Shown: positions 8,932-18,915, numbered from the stretch's first letter. The stretch is 64,000 nucleotides of DNA from Planctomycetota bacterium (GCA_021776805.1 JAJFFD010000210.1:6908-70907), one strand, 5' to 3'. The notes: generated from the sequence alone by a model not told the origin. Translations and numbers: made by a program.

Positions 8932-11900
8932 TCAGGAACGATCGATAGCCAGGTTCACGAAGTGAATCTTCGTACCTGGCGGAGCCTTCAGAGTCAGAGT
9001 TAGAAAGGCGACAGATTCTCGTTCTGGCCCAGGGATCTCGATGATCGCCGTGTGTAGAGCCTGGCGACCGTGATCCCGTGGCAGGCTGAGGTCTTCGAGT
9101 ACCAATGCGTCCCAGGTAGCGTCTTCGGTGCGGAGATGAGCACTCAGCTGGGCGATCGTCTCTGCCGGCGCATCGGCTTCGAATCCGAGACAGATGCGCA
9201 TGGCGGAGTTGCCGGGAGGTAGGAGCAGAGGGACGACCAGCTCATCCTTCCCATCATCACTGGCTGTCATGCTATGGGTCTCGCCATAGCGAACCGAGTC
9301 CATGAGGAGAACATTGCTGTCCTGTCGGCCCGGCAGTCGGACCTGCTGTCGAGGGATCGCTCGCGGCACTAGGAGCAAGCGATCGAGCTCAGCGGTCCAC
9401 TCTCCACCATCGCCAACCAGGTCTATTTGCAAGCTATGCCTATTCAGGCTGGGTGAGAGGTCGATCTGCGCGAGGATTTCCTTTGGGCCGATCGGAATCC
9501 TTGTCACGATCCGTTCCTCGGCGTCGATCAAGAAGCTCATGTTCCCGCTGCCGGGGCCTTGCTTGCGAACTCGCACGAAGAGGCGTCGGGGATCATCGCT
9601 TGCCGGTACCAGAAACTCGCCGCGAATGCCGGCTCCCCTGGTCGGCCGCATGATCATTCGAAATCCCGAATCGTGCTTTGTGACGGAGCCCAGTCCTTGA
9701 CTCTGCCCGCCAAGTGGTAGGGGCTGGGGTCGATCGAAACGCATGGAGAACCAGCGGGAGCTGCCCAGGTTCATCAGCTCGACTCCCAAGTAGTCGAGTC
9801 GGAGATTCGCGCGTCCATCGTCGCTGCTCTGCAAGTCACGAATCGCCCAAAGCAGTTCGCCATGAATGGTTGCCAGGGAGGGGGCGCTGTCACCGTCGAG
9901 GCTGGCCGCCGAGCGGAAGAGGTCGCCTTCATTCCCTGGAGTGAATGGTGTCCGCGGTGTTGGCGTAATTGGAGATAGCCTGAGGAAGTGCGCCAGGGTT
10001 GACGAGTCTTGAATTTTGACGAAGGGCCGTCGCCCTTCGAATTCCCAATAGATGATGCACCCGCTGCCTGGGAGGCCTGGCTCGGCGTGCGACATTGCCC
10101 TCGACTCGAGAAGTAGATCGCCGCGATCCGGAAGGGAGTCGAAGGGAATGCGGTACAGAGTTCGTCCTTCCTGCAGCGATGACAACTGCAGCTGCCGTCG
10201 GCTGCGAGAGTTCGCATTTCGGGTCGAGCGATTCTGGGGCGGCTTGATTCGCAACTGGTCAGACCAACCCGCGCGGATGAGATTGACTCCCGCCAATCCA
10301 CTGGGGACATGGCCACGTCCCTCAGCGCTCAGCGCCAGTTCGCCGAAATTGCCGTTCTGGGGATCGCGCAGATCGTGCAGGTCATAGAGGCTGTCGACCA
10401 ATTCGAGCAGGGCCTGTCCCGAGCTCAAGAGCGAGCCGTCCACACTACGTTCTGGGACCAGGATACAGGGCAACGACCTGCCCTCCGCGCCCGCCGGCAG
10501 GGTGATGCGTTGCGGGCCGAGTACGCCACTGTGCACGATGAAGAGCAGATCTAGATCAGGATCCTGCAAGCCCATCTCTGCGAGGGACTGCGTTGCAGAC
10601 TTTGCGAGGAGCTCACCAGCAGTTCCAGGATCCGCGGAGAGGGATGAGGAGAGCAGCTGGCTGCGTTGCACATCGAGAGTCCTCCCCCGAATCTCACTCA
10701 ACCCACCCGACATGTTCTGCAGGAGGGTTCTGACCGAACCCGCAGTCATTCGTGTTTCGGGTCCCGGGGTCAATCGATACTGCGGGCCACCGAAGAAGAT
10801 CTGGTTGAGAACCTGTTTGTCCGCGCGAATCGGCGCGTCTGCCAGAGAGAGAGGCAGAATCAAGATGTCGATGACAGAATCCGGATTGCGAAGCGAGCGA
10901 CCCTCTCCCAACTCGGCAACAGACGCGGTCTCGCCTTGGCTTCGATAGAGAATGTGTGCCAGGTTGACCGGATCTGGTGAAGAGGCTGGAACCGAGAAAG
11001 TGAGCGGGAGGTTGCCGTCACGCCAGAGCCTTGGATCGGACAGCTTCAGGCGGACTGCGTGGATACCCTGCAGGTCTTCGCCATCTTCATGCAGTAGCAA
11101 GTCGTCGGTGCTGATGCGAACCCTGCCAGTTAGCAAGAACTCCAAGTCGACGTTTGTGCTCTGAGCTCCTACGGGGAGGGCGTAGGTCAGGCTCTGCTCA
11201 CCAGCTATTCTGCGTGCGTTCTCTCGTCCGTCCGCGAAGCGCACTACCGTGGATCCATCATCACCAACGAGCGCGATCTCCGCGTCGTCGCCGGAGTCCA
11301 GGCGATCCATGCTTCCCAGGCGAATGCTTCTAAACCCAGTCGGCGGAACGGTACTCAGTCGAGCACCTTCCTGATGGATGATTCGGGCACGAAGTTCTGC
11401 TCCCGCTGCAAGCCCTGAGACCAAGACTCCTTCTGTGCCGCGGAGGATGCCCTGTTCCGATTCAATGAGATCGATGCTTTGCAGAACGCCGCGTGCCGTG
11501 GAGATTTCAGCGGTAACCTTGGCTTCCGGACTGAGGGGGCCGCGCAATCGGGCGCTAGGCACCCAAGTCTGATCCATGCTGATCTGCGTGGGTGGCAGGA
11601 ACTCAATGCTGGCGACAAGTTCTGGAACCAGGTCGAGGCCCGCCCTCAGCTGCTGGCTCGTGAACTCGCCAAGTTCCACGCCATTGACCGTGAGCAGGAA
11701 GGACTCGAAGTCGGGCGGGAAGTCACGAAAGGTGATGCTGGCAGGCTGCTGGAACTCTGCATGACTCAGGACTCGGAAGGAAATCTCACCTTCGATCACC
11801 GTCAAGTCTTCGAACCAGAGTGCGTCCAGCCCTTGAGAATCCTGCTTGGCGATTTGGACCACGCCCTGGCCCAGACTTGCGCGCACTTCCTCGACCATCG

Positions 11901-13911
11901 CGATGGCGGCACTCTTGCCCCAAAGGAGGGATTCGGGCTTTGAAGCCTCAGGGCTCCAGCCAGCATCATCCGCAGTCAGGCCGGCTCGTAGGGCGGCCGC
12001 ACCCCTTTCCAGCCACTCGCCCCGGCCCAGGAGTTCGTAGCCTCGGAGGTAGACCCCCGCCGCCAGAGCTTCGACCGGGTCTCCCCAGATCACTGCATCG
12101 TTGCCCCGGCTCAGCCCGCCCTGCTGCTGGCCCGGCATCCAGCCAGGAGTCCAAACCTGCTGATGAAAGCTGATGGCAGAAAGGAAATCGTCTGCTCTGT
12201 CCAGGAGCGAGGGGTCCCCGCTGGCATCGATGAGAATCAAGCAGGCTCGCGCTGCCAGGCAGAGGAGAAAGGGGTTGCGGGTGTTGTTGCCGCTGCGCGG
12301 GTCGACGAGCCCTGGGCTTTCGCCAGGTGCTCGTATGGGCGCCGGCCAGACCGCCTTGGCCAAGGCCTCGACTTCGAGAAAGTCGATCGCCTTGCGGGCG
12401 GCTGCCAGGACCCGTTCGTCTTTGGTCTGACTGGCATACTCGGCCAGGAACATCGCCGGACCGGCTGTGTCCGCTGCCCACTTGGGATCTTCGAGAGGCT
12501 CGAGGAATTCGCGACCATACCAGACCGGTATGGCCCCATTGCTGTGCTGATTGAGGAGGAAGAAGTAGGCCAGTTTCCTGCAGGCTTCGAGACTATCGGC
12601 GCGTCGTTCCGGGAGGAGCTCGGCTGTCTTCAGCATCCAGTATCCGGAGACTGCGGAGTCCAGTCCGTGATGTCCCAGTGCCGAAGATGCTTCGGTGGAT
12701 CCGAGTTCCCATGTGTTGCGCGTCGCATCGACGCTGGACGCGAAGCGCGCGGGGATCAAGCCGGCTCGTCGTGGCGCAGCGAGGACCAGATCCAAGATTC
12801 GCCGCGCATAGTCCTGCAGCTCCGGTTGCGAATCCCGTGATGCGCGACTTGCCATGACGAAGGCGAGGCGGAGGAGTTGCTCTTCTGAATCGAAGCGTGC
12901 TTCGATGCCGCTGGACGCGTCCTTCAGTGCGCCCGCAGCGATCTCACCCAGATCTACTTCTTGCCAGTTTTCGGCGAGGATCCGATCGAGGTAGGCTGCA
13001 CAAATCTGCTCCCAGGTCCGTTCTTCCATGGGTGCGGCGGATCGCTTCAGGTCAGCGGACATGTAGCGTCGCCATACCTGGCTCTGTGCGGCCGCGAGAG
13101 TCTTGTGCTGAGATGCTGCTGCGTCGATCTGGAGAAAATGGCCAAAGCTGAGGGTCTCAGCTCGGACCTGCACACCCTCGGCATCGGCGCTGGTAAAGAC
13201 ACGTCGCCCAAAGGGCCCATCCGGAACCTCTTGAGCCTGTGCCATGAGGCCATGCCGAATACTTGCCGGCTTGCGACTTACGACCAGGCCCTGAGGAAGG
13301 CGCCGCTGTTGCAGGAGTAGTTCCAGATCGGGGCTGAGGGCGAGGGAGCGTGAGCCGGCGCGAAGGAAGGCCACTGGAGCCTGAAAGGCAAGATCCCCGG
13401 CGAGCTCGAATTCTCCGGGGTGGAGGTGAGGAGTGGAGCTCTCGTCGATCGGGGCTTCGCGGAGAAACTCGTAGTTCAGGCTCAACTCGAGGAGGGTGCT
13501 CCTGACTCCGACCTGGTCCAGCAAGAGCACACGCAAGTCGCCCGTCGATTCCCTCTCGATCCGGACACTGACTTCGTGACCAAGACTCGGGCGGCAATGC
13601 AGCTGCAGTGCATTCTCCTCTCTCTCGATTTCGACGAAAGGCAGGAGCTGATCTCTGCGAGCGCCTCCTCTCTCGATGGCGAGGTTTACGCCGGACAGCT
13701 TCGCTACGTCGATCGAGAGCTCGCCGGTCTTGGCGGTGAAGGTGACGGTCAAGTCCTCACCCTGACGGGCGGCGCTTACCTGCAGGCTGCTCCCCGACTG
13801 CGTTTCTGCAAACTCGAGACTGTCGTTGCCACCGCTCTTGCAGGCGAAGAGCAACAGTAGCAGCGCCAGGCAGGGGCCAGACCTGGGATCTTGGACTTGG
13901 AGCGAGGACAC
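8932..13911 (-). CDS. Giant (1659 aa) predicted lipoprotein of unknown function
   Basis: This is a single uninterrupted ORF. The N-terminus has a hydrophobic core plus lipobox (LALLLLLFAC-KSGG). Internal regions look like an alpha-helical toroid (about 12000-12780) and an M6-peptidase-like fold lacking HExxH (about 10258-10870). All long ORFs on the opposite strand within it look like GC artefacts. Confidence 0.75.
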   Translation of the reverse strand: MSSLQVQDPRSGPCLALLLLLFACKSGGNDSLEFAETQSGSSLQVSAARQGEDLTVTFTAKTGELSIDVAKLSGVNLAIERGGARRDQLLPFVEIEREENALQLHCRPSLGHEVSVRIERESTGDLRVLLLDQVGVRSTLLELSLNYEFLREAPIDESSTPHLHPGEFELAGDLAFQAPVAFLRAGSRSLALSPDLELLLQQRRLPQGLVVSRKPASIRHGLMAQAQEVPDGPFGRRVFTSADAEGVQVRAETLSFGHFLQIDAAASQHKTLAAAQSQVWRRYMSADLKRSAAPMEERTWEQICAAYLDRILAENWQEVDLGEIAAGALKDASSGIEARFDSEEQLLRLAFVMASRASRDSQPELQDYARRILDLVLAAPRRAGLIPARFASSVDATRNTWELGSTEASSALGHHGLDSAVSGYWMLKTAELLPERRADSLEACRKLAYFFLLNQHSNGAIPVWYGREFLEPLEDPKWAADTAGPAMFLAEYASQTKDERVLAAARKAIDFLEVEALAKAVWPAPIRAPGESPGLVDPRSGNNTRNPFLLCLAARACLILIDASGDPSLLDRADDFLSAISFHQQVWTPGWMPGQQQGGLSRGNDAVIWGDPVEALAAGVYLRGYELLGRGEWLERGAAALRAGLTADDAGWSPEASKPESLLWGKSAAIAMVEEVRASLGQGVVQIAKQDSQGLDALWFEDLTVIEGEISFRVLSHAEFQQPASITFRDFPPDFESFLLTVNGVELGEFTSQQLRAGLDLVPELVASIEFLPPTQISMDQTWVPSARLRGPLSPEAKVTAEISTARGVLQSIDLIESEQGILRGTEGVLVSGLAAGAELRARIIHQEGARLSTVPPTGFRSIRLGSMDRLDSGDDAEIALVGDDGSTVVRFADGRENARRIAGEQSLTYALPVGAQSTNVDLEFLLTGRVRISTDDLLLHEDGEDLQGIHAVRLKLSDPRLWRDGNLPLTFSVPASSPDPVNLAHILYRSQGETASVAELGEGRSLRNPDSVIDILILPLSLADAPIRADKQVLNQIFFGGPQYRLTPGPETRMTAGSVRTLLQNMSGGLSEIRGRTLDVQRSQLLSSSLSADPGTAGELLAKSATQSLAEMGLQDPDLDLLFIVHSGVLGPQRITLPAGAEGRSLPCILVPERSVDGSLLSSGQALLELVDSLYDLHDLRDPQNGNFGELALSAEGRGHVPSGLAGVNLIRAGWSDQLRIKPPQNRSTRNANSRSRRQLQLSSLQEGRTLYRIPFDSLPDRGDLLLESRAMSHAEPGLPGSGCIIYWEFEGRRPFVKIQDSSTLAHFLRLSPITPTPRTPFTPGNEGDLFRSAASLDGDSAPSLATIHGELLWAIRDLQSSDDGRANLRLDYLGVELMNLGSSRWFSMRFDRPQPLPLGGQSQGLGSVTKHDSGFRMIMRPTRGAGIRGEFLVPASDDPRRLFVRVRKQGPGSGNMSFLIDAEERIVTRIPIGPKEILAQIDLSPSLNRHSLQIDLVGDGGEWTAELDRLLLVPRAIPRQQVRLPGRQDSNVLLMDSVRYGETHSMTASDDGKDELVVPLLLPPGNSAMRICLGFEADAPAETIAQLSAHLRTEDATWDALVLEDLSLPRDHGRQALHTAIIEIPGPERESVAFLTLTLKAPPGTKIHFVNLAIDRS

Positions 13912-13943
13912 GGCCCGGCACTGTACACGGCATTCAGGTACAC

Positions 13944-13979
13944 AGAAGGGGGCAGGCTCGAGTGAGCCTGCCCCCTTCT
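13944..13979 (-). terminator. Strong hairpin (16-bp perfect stem, 4-nt loop) downstream of the porin gene
   Basis: AGAAGGGGGCAGGCTC (13944-13959), loop GAGT, then GAGCCTGCCCCCTTCT (13964-13979). It lies 41 nt after the porin stop and before the lipoprotein start. The flanks are T-rich within and after the stem (CCCCCTTCTGTGT on the minus strand). Confidence 0.6.
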
Positions 13980-14019
13980 TGATTCAGCCTAGCCGAATCC
14001 AGCCAGGCTGGAGTGGCGC

Positions 14020-15369
14020 TCAGAAGGCCAGGGTGAAGATCAGGTCGACGCCGTGGTTGTCGTCGTTGCCGACGCCGGCCACGTTATCCGGATCCGCATG
14101 CTGATAGGTGTAGGTCAGCTGGGTCTTCAGAGCGTGCTTGTGATAGTAGGCACTCGCCATCAGCTGGTACTCCATGATGTCGCCTTCGGCGCCCACCGGG
14201 TATCCCACTGCTGGAGCCAGACCGAAGGGGTCATTGCCGATGCCACCTGCACCGAGAATGGGATCGCCCTGACCGCTTTCCATGCCGGCGGCGTTCATGA
14301 AGATCGGCGGATCCTTGAAGTCGATCATGCTCACCCGGGCGCCAAAGGCGTACTGGGTGCCATCGTCCGGCGGCATGGTGTAGGAGCCTTGCACGTAGAA
14401 GCCATTGGAGTCCGCGCTGGGAACACCGGCCAGGTCCGCATCATCCTTGCGAGCGAAGAACTCGCCGGCTGCCGCGAAGCCATTGCCGAGCTTGAGGGCG
14501 GCATTGAGGTTGACGGTGGTTGATTCCACGTCGCCTTGGGCAATGCCGACATCAGCGTTTCCGAAGAGGACGCTGGCGCCAAGGCTGGAGGTCATGCTTC
14601 CACTGTGTTCCAAGTCGCCTTCCGAGTAGGCCATCTCGCCCTGCGGGTCGAAGCGGACACCGACGATGTAGTTGAGCTCGTTGTCGCCGACACCAGCCCC
14701 GTCCAGGTTTGTGGATTCGGGCGCCGCTGAAATCGACCCGGCTGCCAGGTCGTTGTTCATGGTGCCGAGGAACCAGTGCAACTTCTTGCCGCCGTTATCA
14801 TCGTTGAGCCCCGAGCCGAGGAACAAAGCGCCGGTCGAACGGGCTGAACCAAAGACTCGCGTGGCGAGAGCGCGATTGCTGAACTCCTGTTTCTGGGAGG
14901 AGATCGTGCCCTGACGGCTCTCTAACATCTTCTGGGTGCCCATGCGCAGGCCCAGGGTGTAGTGGTCCGTGTTATAGAAGTTGTAGCGGACCCAGGCGTC
15001 CTTGATCGACGAGTCATCGCTGTCGATGAAGTCGGTCTGCACCTTGTAGGTGAGCTCCCGGTCCCAGACGTGGCCGCTGAAATTCATGCGAACCCGCTTG
15101 GTGCGGAAGCTGTTGGTGTCCGGATTGCTATCCAGGGCCAAGTAGTACCACTTGATCTGGAAGTAGCTCTTCAGGTTGAGTGAGAAGTCATCACCACCGT
15201 CAAAGGTGATGCCTTTGCCGGGCTGGAAGGTCACCTTTGGTGCCTGCAGCGTGCCAGCCTTGGGAGGATCTTCCCCTCCCTTCTTCTTGTCGCCATTTGG
15301 TTCGTTGCCGGCCACCGCGAATGCGGTCGTGGCCAAGACTGCGAGGCCGAATCCGATTGGACTCTTCAT
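14020..15369 (-). CDS. Outer-membrane beta-barrel porin
   Basis: 449 aa. It has a signal peptide (MKSPIGFGLAVLATTAFAVAG), alternating amphipathic beta-strand pattern with aromatic girdles, and a C-terminal ...VDLIFTLAF ending in Phe, as in OMP sorting signals. Confidence 0.75.
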   Translation of the reverse strand: MKSPIGFGLAVLATTAFAVAGNEPNGDKKKGGEDPPKAGTLQAPKVTFQPGKGITFDGGDDFSLNLKSYFQIKWYYLALDSNPDTNSFRTKRVRMNFSGHVWDRELTYKVQTDFIDSDDSSIKDAWVRYNFYNTDHYTLGLRMGTQKMLESRQGTISSQKQEFSNRALATRVFGSARSTGALFLGSGLNDDNGGKKLHWFLGTMNNDLAAGSISAAPESTNLDGAGVGDNELNYIVGVRFDPQGEMAYSEGDLEHSGSMTSSLGASVLFGNADVGIAQGDVESTTVNLNAALKLGNGFAAAGEFFARKDDADLAGVPSADSNGFYVQGSYTMPPDDGTQYAFGARVSMIDFKDPPIFMNAAGMESGQGDPILGAGGIGNDPFGLAPAVGYPVGAEGDIMEYQLMASAYYHKHALKTQLTYTYQHADPDNVAGVGNDDNHGVDLIFTLAF

Positions 15370-15631
15370 ACTTGGGTTCCCTCCCTAGTAGGATCGATCA
15401 GAATTGCTCTTTGACTGAGGTACGAGGCTGATTCCAATCCTCGCCTGAGTAATGGTATGGCGCTCGAGGCCCGCTCGGGCAAATGAAGATCCAGTGATTC
15501 TTTGACGTGAACCTAACGGATGTTAGGTGTTTATCCAGAATCGGGTGCTCGGTCTTAGTTCGGTCAATACAGAGAGTTGGGACTTATAACCCAGTAAACA
15601 GACGGGCCGTGAAGGCTCGACCCCCTAGATC

Positions 15632-17554
15632 ATGGGTACAGAGCTCAGGAGAAGCACATGCAATCGCGACTGCCCCGATGCCTGCGGGCTGATTGCAGAG
15701 GTGGAGGATGGTCGCCTTCTAAGTCTCAAGGGTGACCCGGAGCACCCGGTTACTCGCGGCTTTCTTTGCACACGGACCAGCCGTTTTCCAGAACTCCTCG
15801 GTGGCGAGGACCGTCTGCGCCAGCCTCTCATGCGAGTGGATGGGAAGCTCCAAGCCTGCACTATGACACAGGCACTCGACTACGCTGCGGAGAGGCTCGC
15901 TGCGATTCGGGCGGAATCCGGGCCGGCAGCAATCTTCCACTATCGCTCGGGGGGGAGTCTCGGGCTGTTGAAGTCCGTGGCGGATCGCTTCTTTGAGCAG
16001 TTCGGGCCCTGCACGAGCAAGAGCGGTGACATCTGCAGTGGCGCCGGTGAAGCGGCGCAAGAGGCGGATTTTGGAGTCAGTGACAGCAACGACTTCTTCG
16101 ATCTGGATCGCAGCAAGCACATCGTCATCTGGGGCAAGAACCTTTTTGTCAGCAACATCCACCTGATTCCTCAGATTCGGAAGGCGCGGGCAGAAGGGCG
16201 GAAGGTCTGGCTCATAGACCCGGTGCACCACAAGGGCGCCAGCCTCGCCGACCGCTTTCTGCAGCCTTGTCCCGGCGGAGACCTGGACCTCGCTCTGGGT
16301 GTCATGCGAGTCCTCTTGGACCGCGATGCCTTGGACCCGAAGGCCGCGGAGTTTTGTGCCAACCTGGACGCATGCATCGAGCTGATCCGATCCAAGTCCG
16401 TTGCTGAGTACGCTCTCGCGGCGGATCTTGAGGTGGAAGCCTTGGTGGACCTGGCGGAGGCTTTTCGCGATGGGCCGACAGCCATCCTGGTGGGTTGGGG
16501 AATGCAGCGCCGTTTGGCGGGAGGGAGCATCGTTCGCGCTCTGGATGCCCTGTCCGCCCTCAGCGGCAATCTCTTCCGGCCCGGAGGCGGGAGTTCCTTC
16601 TACTTCGGGCGACGAACTGCCTTCGATGTTTCAGCGGTCAGTTCTGCTGCAGCAGCGCGCCACATTCGTGAGCCACTCTTCGGTCCAGACGTTCTCGCGG
16701 CCCAGGATCCGCCGATTCGTGCCATCTGGGTGACCGCTGGCAATCCGGTCTGCATGCTTCCGGACTCCAAGCAGGTTGCCGAAGCTCTGGAGCGGACTGA
16801 GTTCGTGGTGGTGGTCGACCCATTCCTGACCGACACAGGCAGGCGTGCTGACCTGGTCTTGCCAGTGCCCAGCCTCCTCGAGGATGATGACTTGCTCGGT
16901 GCTTATGGGCACCACTGGATTGGCGAGAGTCGACCGATTCTGTCACCACCGCCTGGAGTCCTGCACGAAGTCGAGCTCTTCCAAGGCCTGGCATCGCGCC
17001 TGGGGCTGTCGGCGGCCATGTCCGGGAGCGTAGACGAGTACAAACGGAGATTGCTGGGCAAGGTTGAGGGCCATGGGCTCAGCCTGGAGAAGCTCCGCGA
17101 GGGTCCGCAGCGGAACCCGCTTGCTACTGAGCAGCTCTTTGATGAGGCTCGCGTGCGCTCAGCCGACGGCAAGGTGCAGCTTATCTCAGAGCGTCCGGAG
17201 ACCCCTGCAGGGGCGGGGGACGCGGGCGATCTCTGGTTCTTGAGTCTCTCTAGTATTCGTTCCCAGGCCTCCCAGTGGTCGCGGGATCCCGGGGCTCTGC
17301 TGGAAGTGACGGTGCATCCGGACTCCGCTCCTGGGATGGCGACTGGAGACGAGGTCGCGGTGGAAAACGCGATGGGTTCCATACCTGCGCGCCTGATTCT
17401 GGACTCGCAGCAACGGCGTGATGTCGCCCTGTATCCGAAGGGTGGGCACTTTGATCGCGGCCAGTCGGCGAACGCACTCATTCAGGCTCGATGCACGGAC
17501 ATTGGCCTGGGTGCAGCCTTCTTGGATTGCCGCGTGAGGATTCGCAGACTGTGA
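15632..17554 (+). CDS. Molybdopterin-dependent oxidoreductase (bis-MGD family, substrate unknown)
   Basis: 640 aa. The N-terminal Cys cluster STCNRDCPDACG...GFLCTR resembles the 4Fe-4S domain of the family. It also has molybdopterin-binding core motifs (VIWGKN, WVTAGNP) and a C-terminal beta-barrel domain (LEVTVHPDSAPGMATGDEVAVENAMGSIPARL). Confidence 0.85.
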   Translation: MGTELRRSTCNRDCPDACGLIAEVEDGRLLSLKGDPEHPVTRGFLCTRTSRFPELLGGEDRLRQPLMRVDGKLQACTMTQALDYAAERLAAIRAESGPAAIFHYRSGGSLGLLKSVADRFFEQFGPCTSKSGDICSGAGEAAQEADFGVSDSNDFFDLDRSKHIVIWGKNLFVSNIHLIPQIRKARAEGRKVWLIDPVHHKGASLADRFLQPCPGGDLDLALGVMRVLLDRDALDPKAAEFCANLDACIELIRSKSVAEYALAADLEVEALVDLAEAFRDGPTAILVGWGMQRRLAGGSIVRALDALSALSGNLFRPGGGSSFYFGRRTAFDVSAVSSAAAARHIREPLFGPDVLAAQDPPIRAIWVTAGNPVCMLPDSKQVAEALERTEFVVVVDPFLTDTGRRADLVLPVPSLLEDDDLLGAYGHHWIGESRPILSPPPGVLHEVELFQGLASRLGLSAAMSGSVDEYKRRLLGKVEGHGLSLEKLREGPQRNPLATEQLFDEARVRSADGKVQLISERPETPAGAGDAGDLWFLSLSSIRSQASQWSRDPGALLEVTVHPDSAPGMATGDEVAVENAMGSIPARLILDSQQRRDVALYPKGGHFDRGQSANALIQARCTDIGLGAAFLDCRVRIRRL

Positions 17555-18915
17555 AGCGCATCACCGGCACGAACATCTACAGTATGTTCAAGTGCCCACG
17601 GATGGTGGCCTTGGATCTTCACGCCGACCGGAGTCTGCGTCGCGAAGTCCGTGCAGAAGAGGAGTTTCTTTTGCAGCGCGGGCGCGACCACGAGGCGCGC
17701 ATCGTCGCGGAATTGGGCTGGCCGGAGCCCGAGTATCCGACTGCCCAGTTCGAGCAGGGTGCCGAGCTCAGCTTGCAGATGATGCAGTCCGGCATGGAGG
17801 GGATCAGCCAGGCTGTGCTCATCGATGCGGACTACCTTGGGATTCCCGACTTGCTGCGTCGGCAAGAGGGTTCGTCCGTGTTTGGTGATTACCAATACGA
17901 AGTCGGTGACATCAAGTCCTCGAGTCGGCCGCGCAGTGATCAGGTATTGCAGGTGGCTTTCTACAGTCGTCTCCTGGGCAAGCTGCAGGCCAAGGTTCCT
18001 GAGTACGGCTACCTTGTCTTGAAGGATGGCAGCGAGGAGAGGTTTGCGCTCGGCGAACTTGACCCGGTGCTCGACGAGCTCATAGAGGACTTGTGTGCGC
18101 TCCGCGAGAATCCGGATGAAGTCGAACCCTTCTTCAGCAGGGCCTGCGATAGCTGTCTATGGTCCGACCTCTGTCTGCAGGAGATGCGCGCAGCGGGTGA
18201 TCTCTCATTTGTGCATGGCGTGACCAGGGGAATCAGGCGCTCGCTCCGTGTCGCTGGGATCGATTCCGTGACGAACTTGTCCAGGGCCAAGGTCGAGCCG
18301 GCAGCAAGGGCGTCTGGGCTCGAAGCGACCCTGCTGCGAAGACTCAAGAAGGCTGCGCAGGCAAGGATGAGTGGCGAGCCCGTTCTCGAGAAGCGCGGCA
18401 AGGGCGAGTCCCTCGGCTCTGCGGCAGTGCTGCACTTCTTGACAGACCCCTATGCGGAGCGAGTGCTCTTCATGGGTCTGCTCAGGCCTCGTGAAAACGA
18501 GGCGGAGTTCCTTGCTCACTGCCCGCAATCGGTAGAAGAGGAGCTGCCTGCCTTCGAAGACCTGCTTGCTCAGCTACCCAGTCGATTGCGGATACTCCAC
18601 TACGGCTCTGGCATTCCCCGTTGGCATGAGAATCGTGCTCACGGATCGGTGGCATCTGTGGGGTTTGAGCGTCGACTCATCGACATGGCTAGGCAACTTC
18701 GTGGGGCTGCCGTGTTTCCGGCGCCGATCTTCGGTCTTGATGAGCACGTGAGTGCCGGACTGTCCCGCGATCCGCATAGAAAGGGCAGGGCATCAGCAGC
18801 GGCCTATGCGGTCACCGATGCGCAAGATGGCGATTGGCTCATGAGCAAGGGGCGGAGTGATCTCGAGGACTTACTCGCTCTCAAGGAGCGGTACTTGGGA
18901 GACGAAGAGGATTGA
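17551..18915 (+). CDS. RecB/Cas4-like PD-(D/E)XK nuclease with 4-Cys Fe-S signature (TM0106-type)
   Basis: I place the start at GTG 17551, overlapping the upstream stop (GTGA). The ORF opens earlier at 17491 but would then overlap the upstream gene. Motifs seen are FKCPRM (N-terminal Cys), GIPDLL, YEVGDIKSS (D/ExK), QVAFY (QxxxY) and CDSCLWSDLC (CxxCx5C). The C-terminal half carries an HhH-like GVTRGIRRSLRVAGIDSV. Confidence 0.75.
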   Translation: MKRITGTNIYSMFKCPRMVALDLHADRSLRREVRAEEEFLLQRGRDHEARIVAELGWPEPEYPTAQFEQGAELSLQMMQSGMEGISQAVLIDADYLGIPDLLRRQEGSSVFGDYQYEVGDIKSSSRPRSDQVLQVAFYSRLLGKLQAKVPEYGYLVLKDGSEERFALGELDPVLDELIEDLCALRENPDEVEPFFSRACDSCLWSDLCLQEMRAAGDLSFVHGVTRGIRRSLRVAGIDSVTNLSRAKVEPAARASGLEATLLRRLKKAAQARMSGEPVLEKRGKGESLGSAAVLHFLTDPYAERVLFMGLLRPRENEAEFLAHCPQSVEEELPAFEDLLAQLPSRLRILHYGSGIPRWHENRAHGSVASVGFERRLIDMARQLRGAAVFPAPIFGLDEHVSAGLSRDPHRKGRASAAAYAVTDAQDGDWLMSKGRSDLEDLLALKERYLGDEED

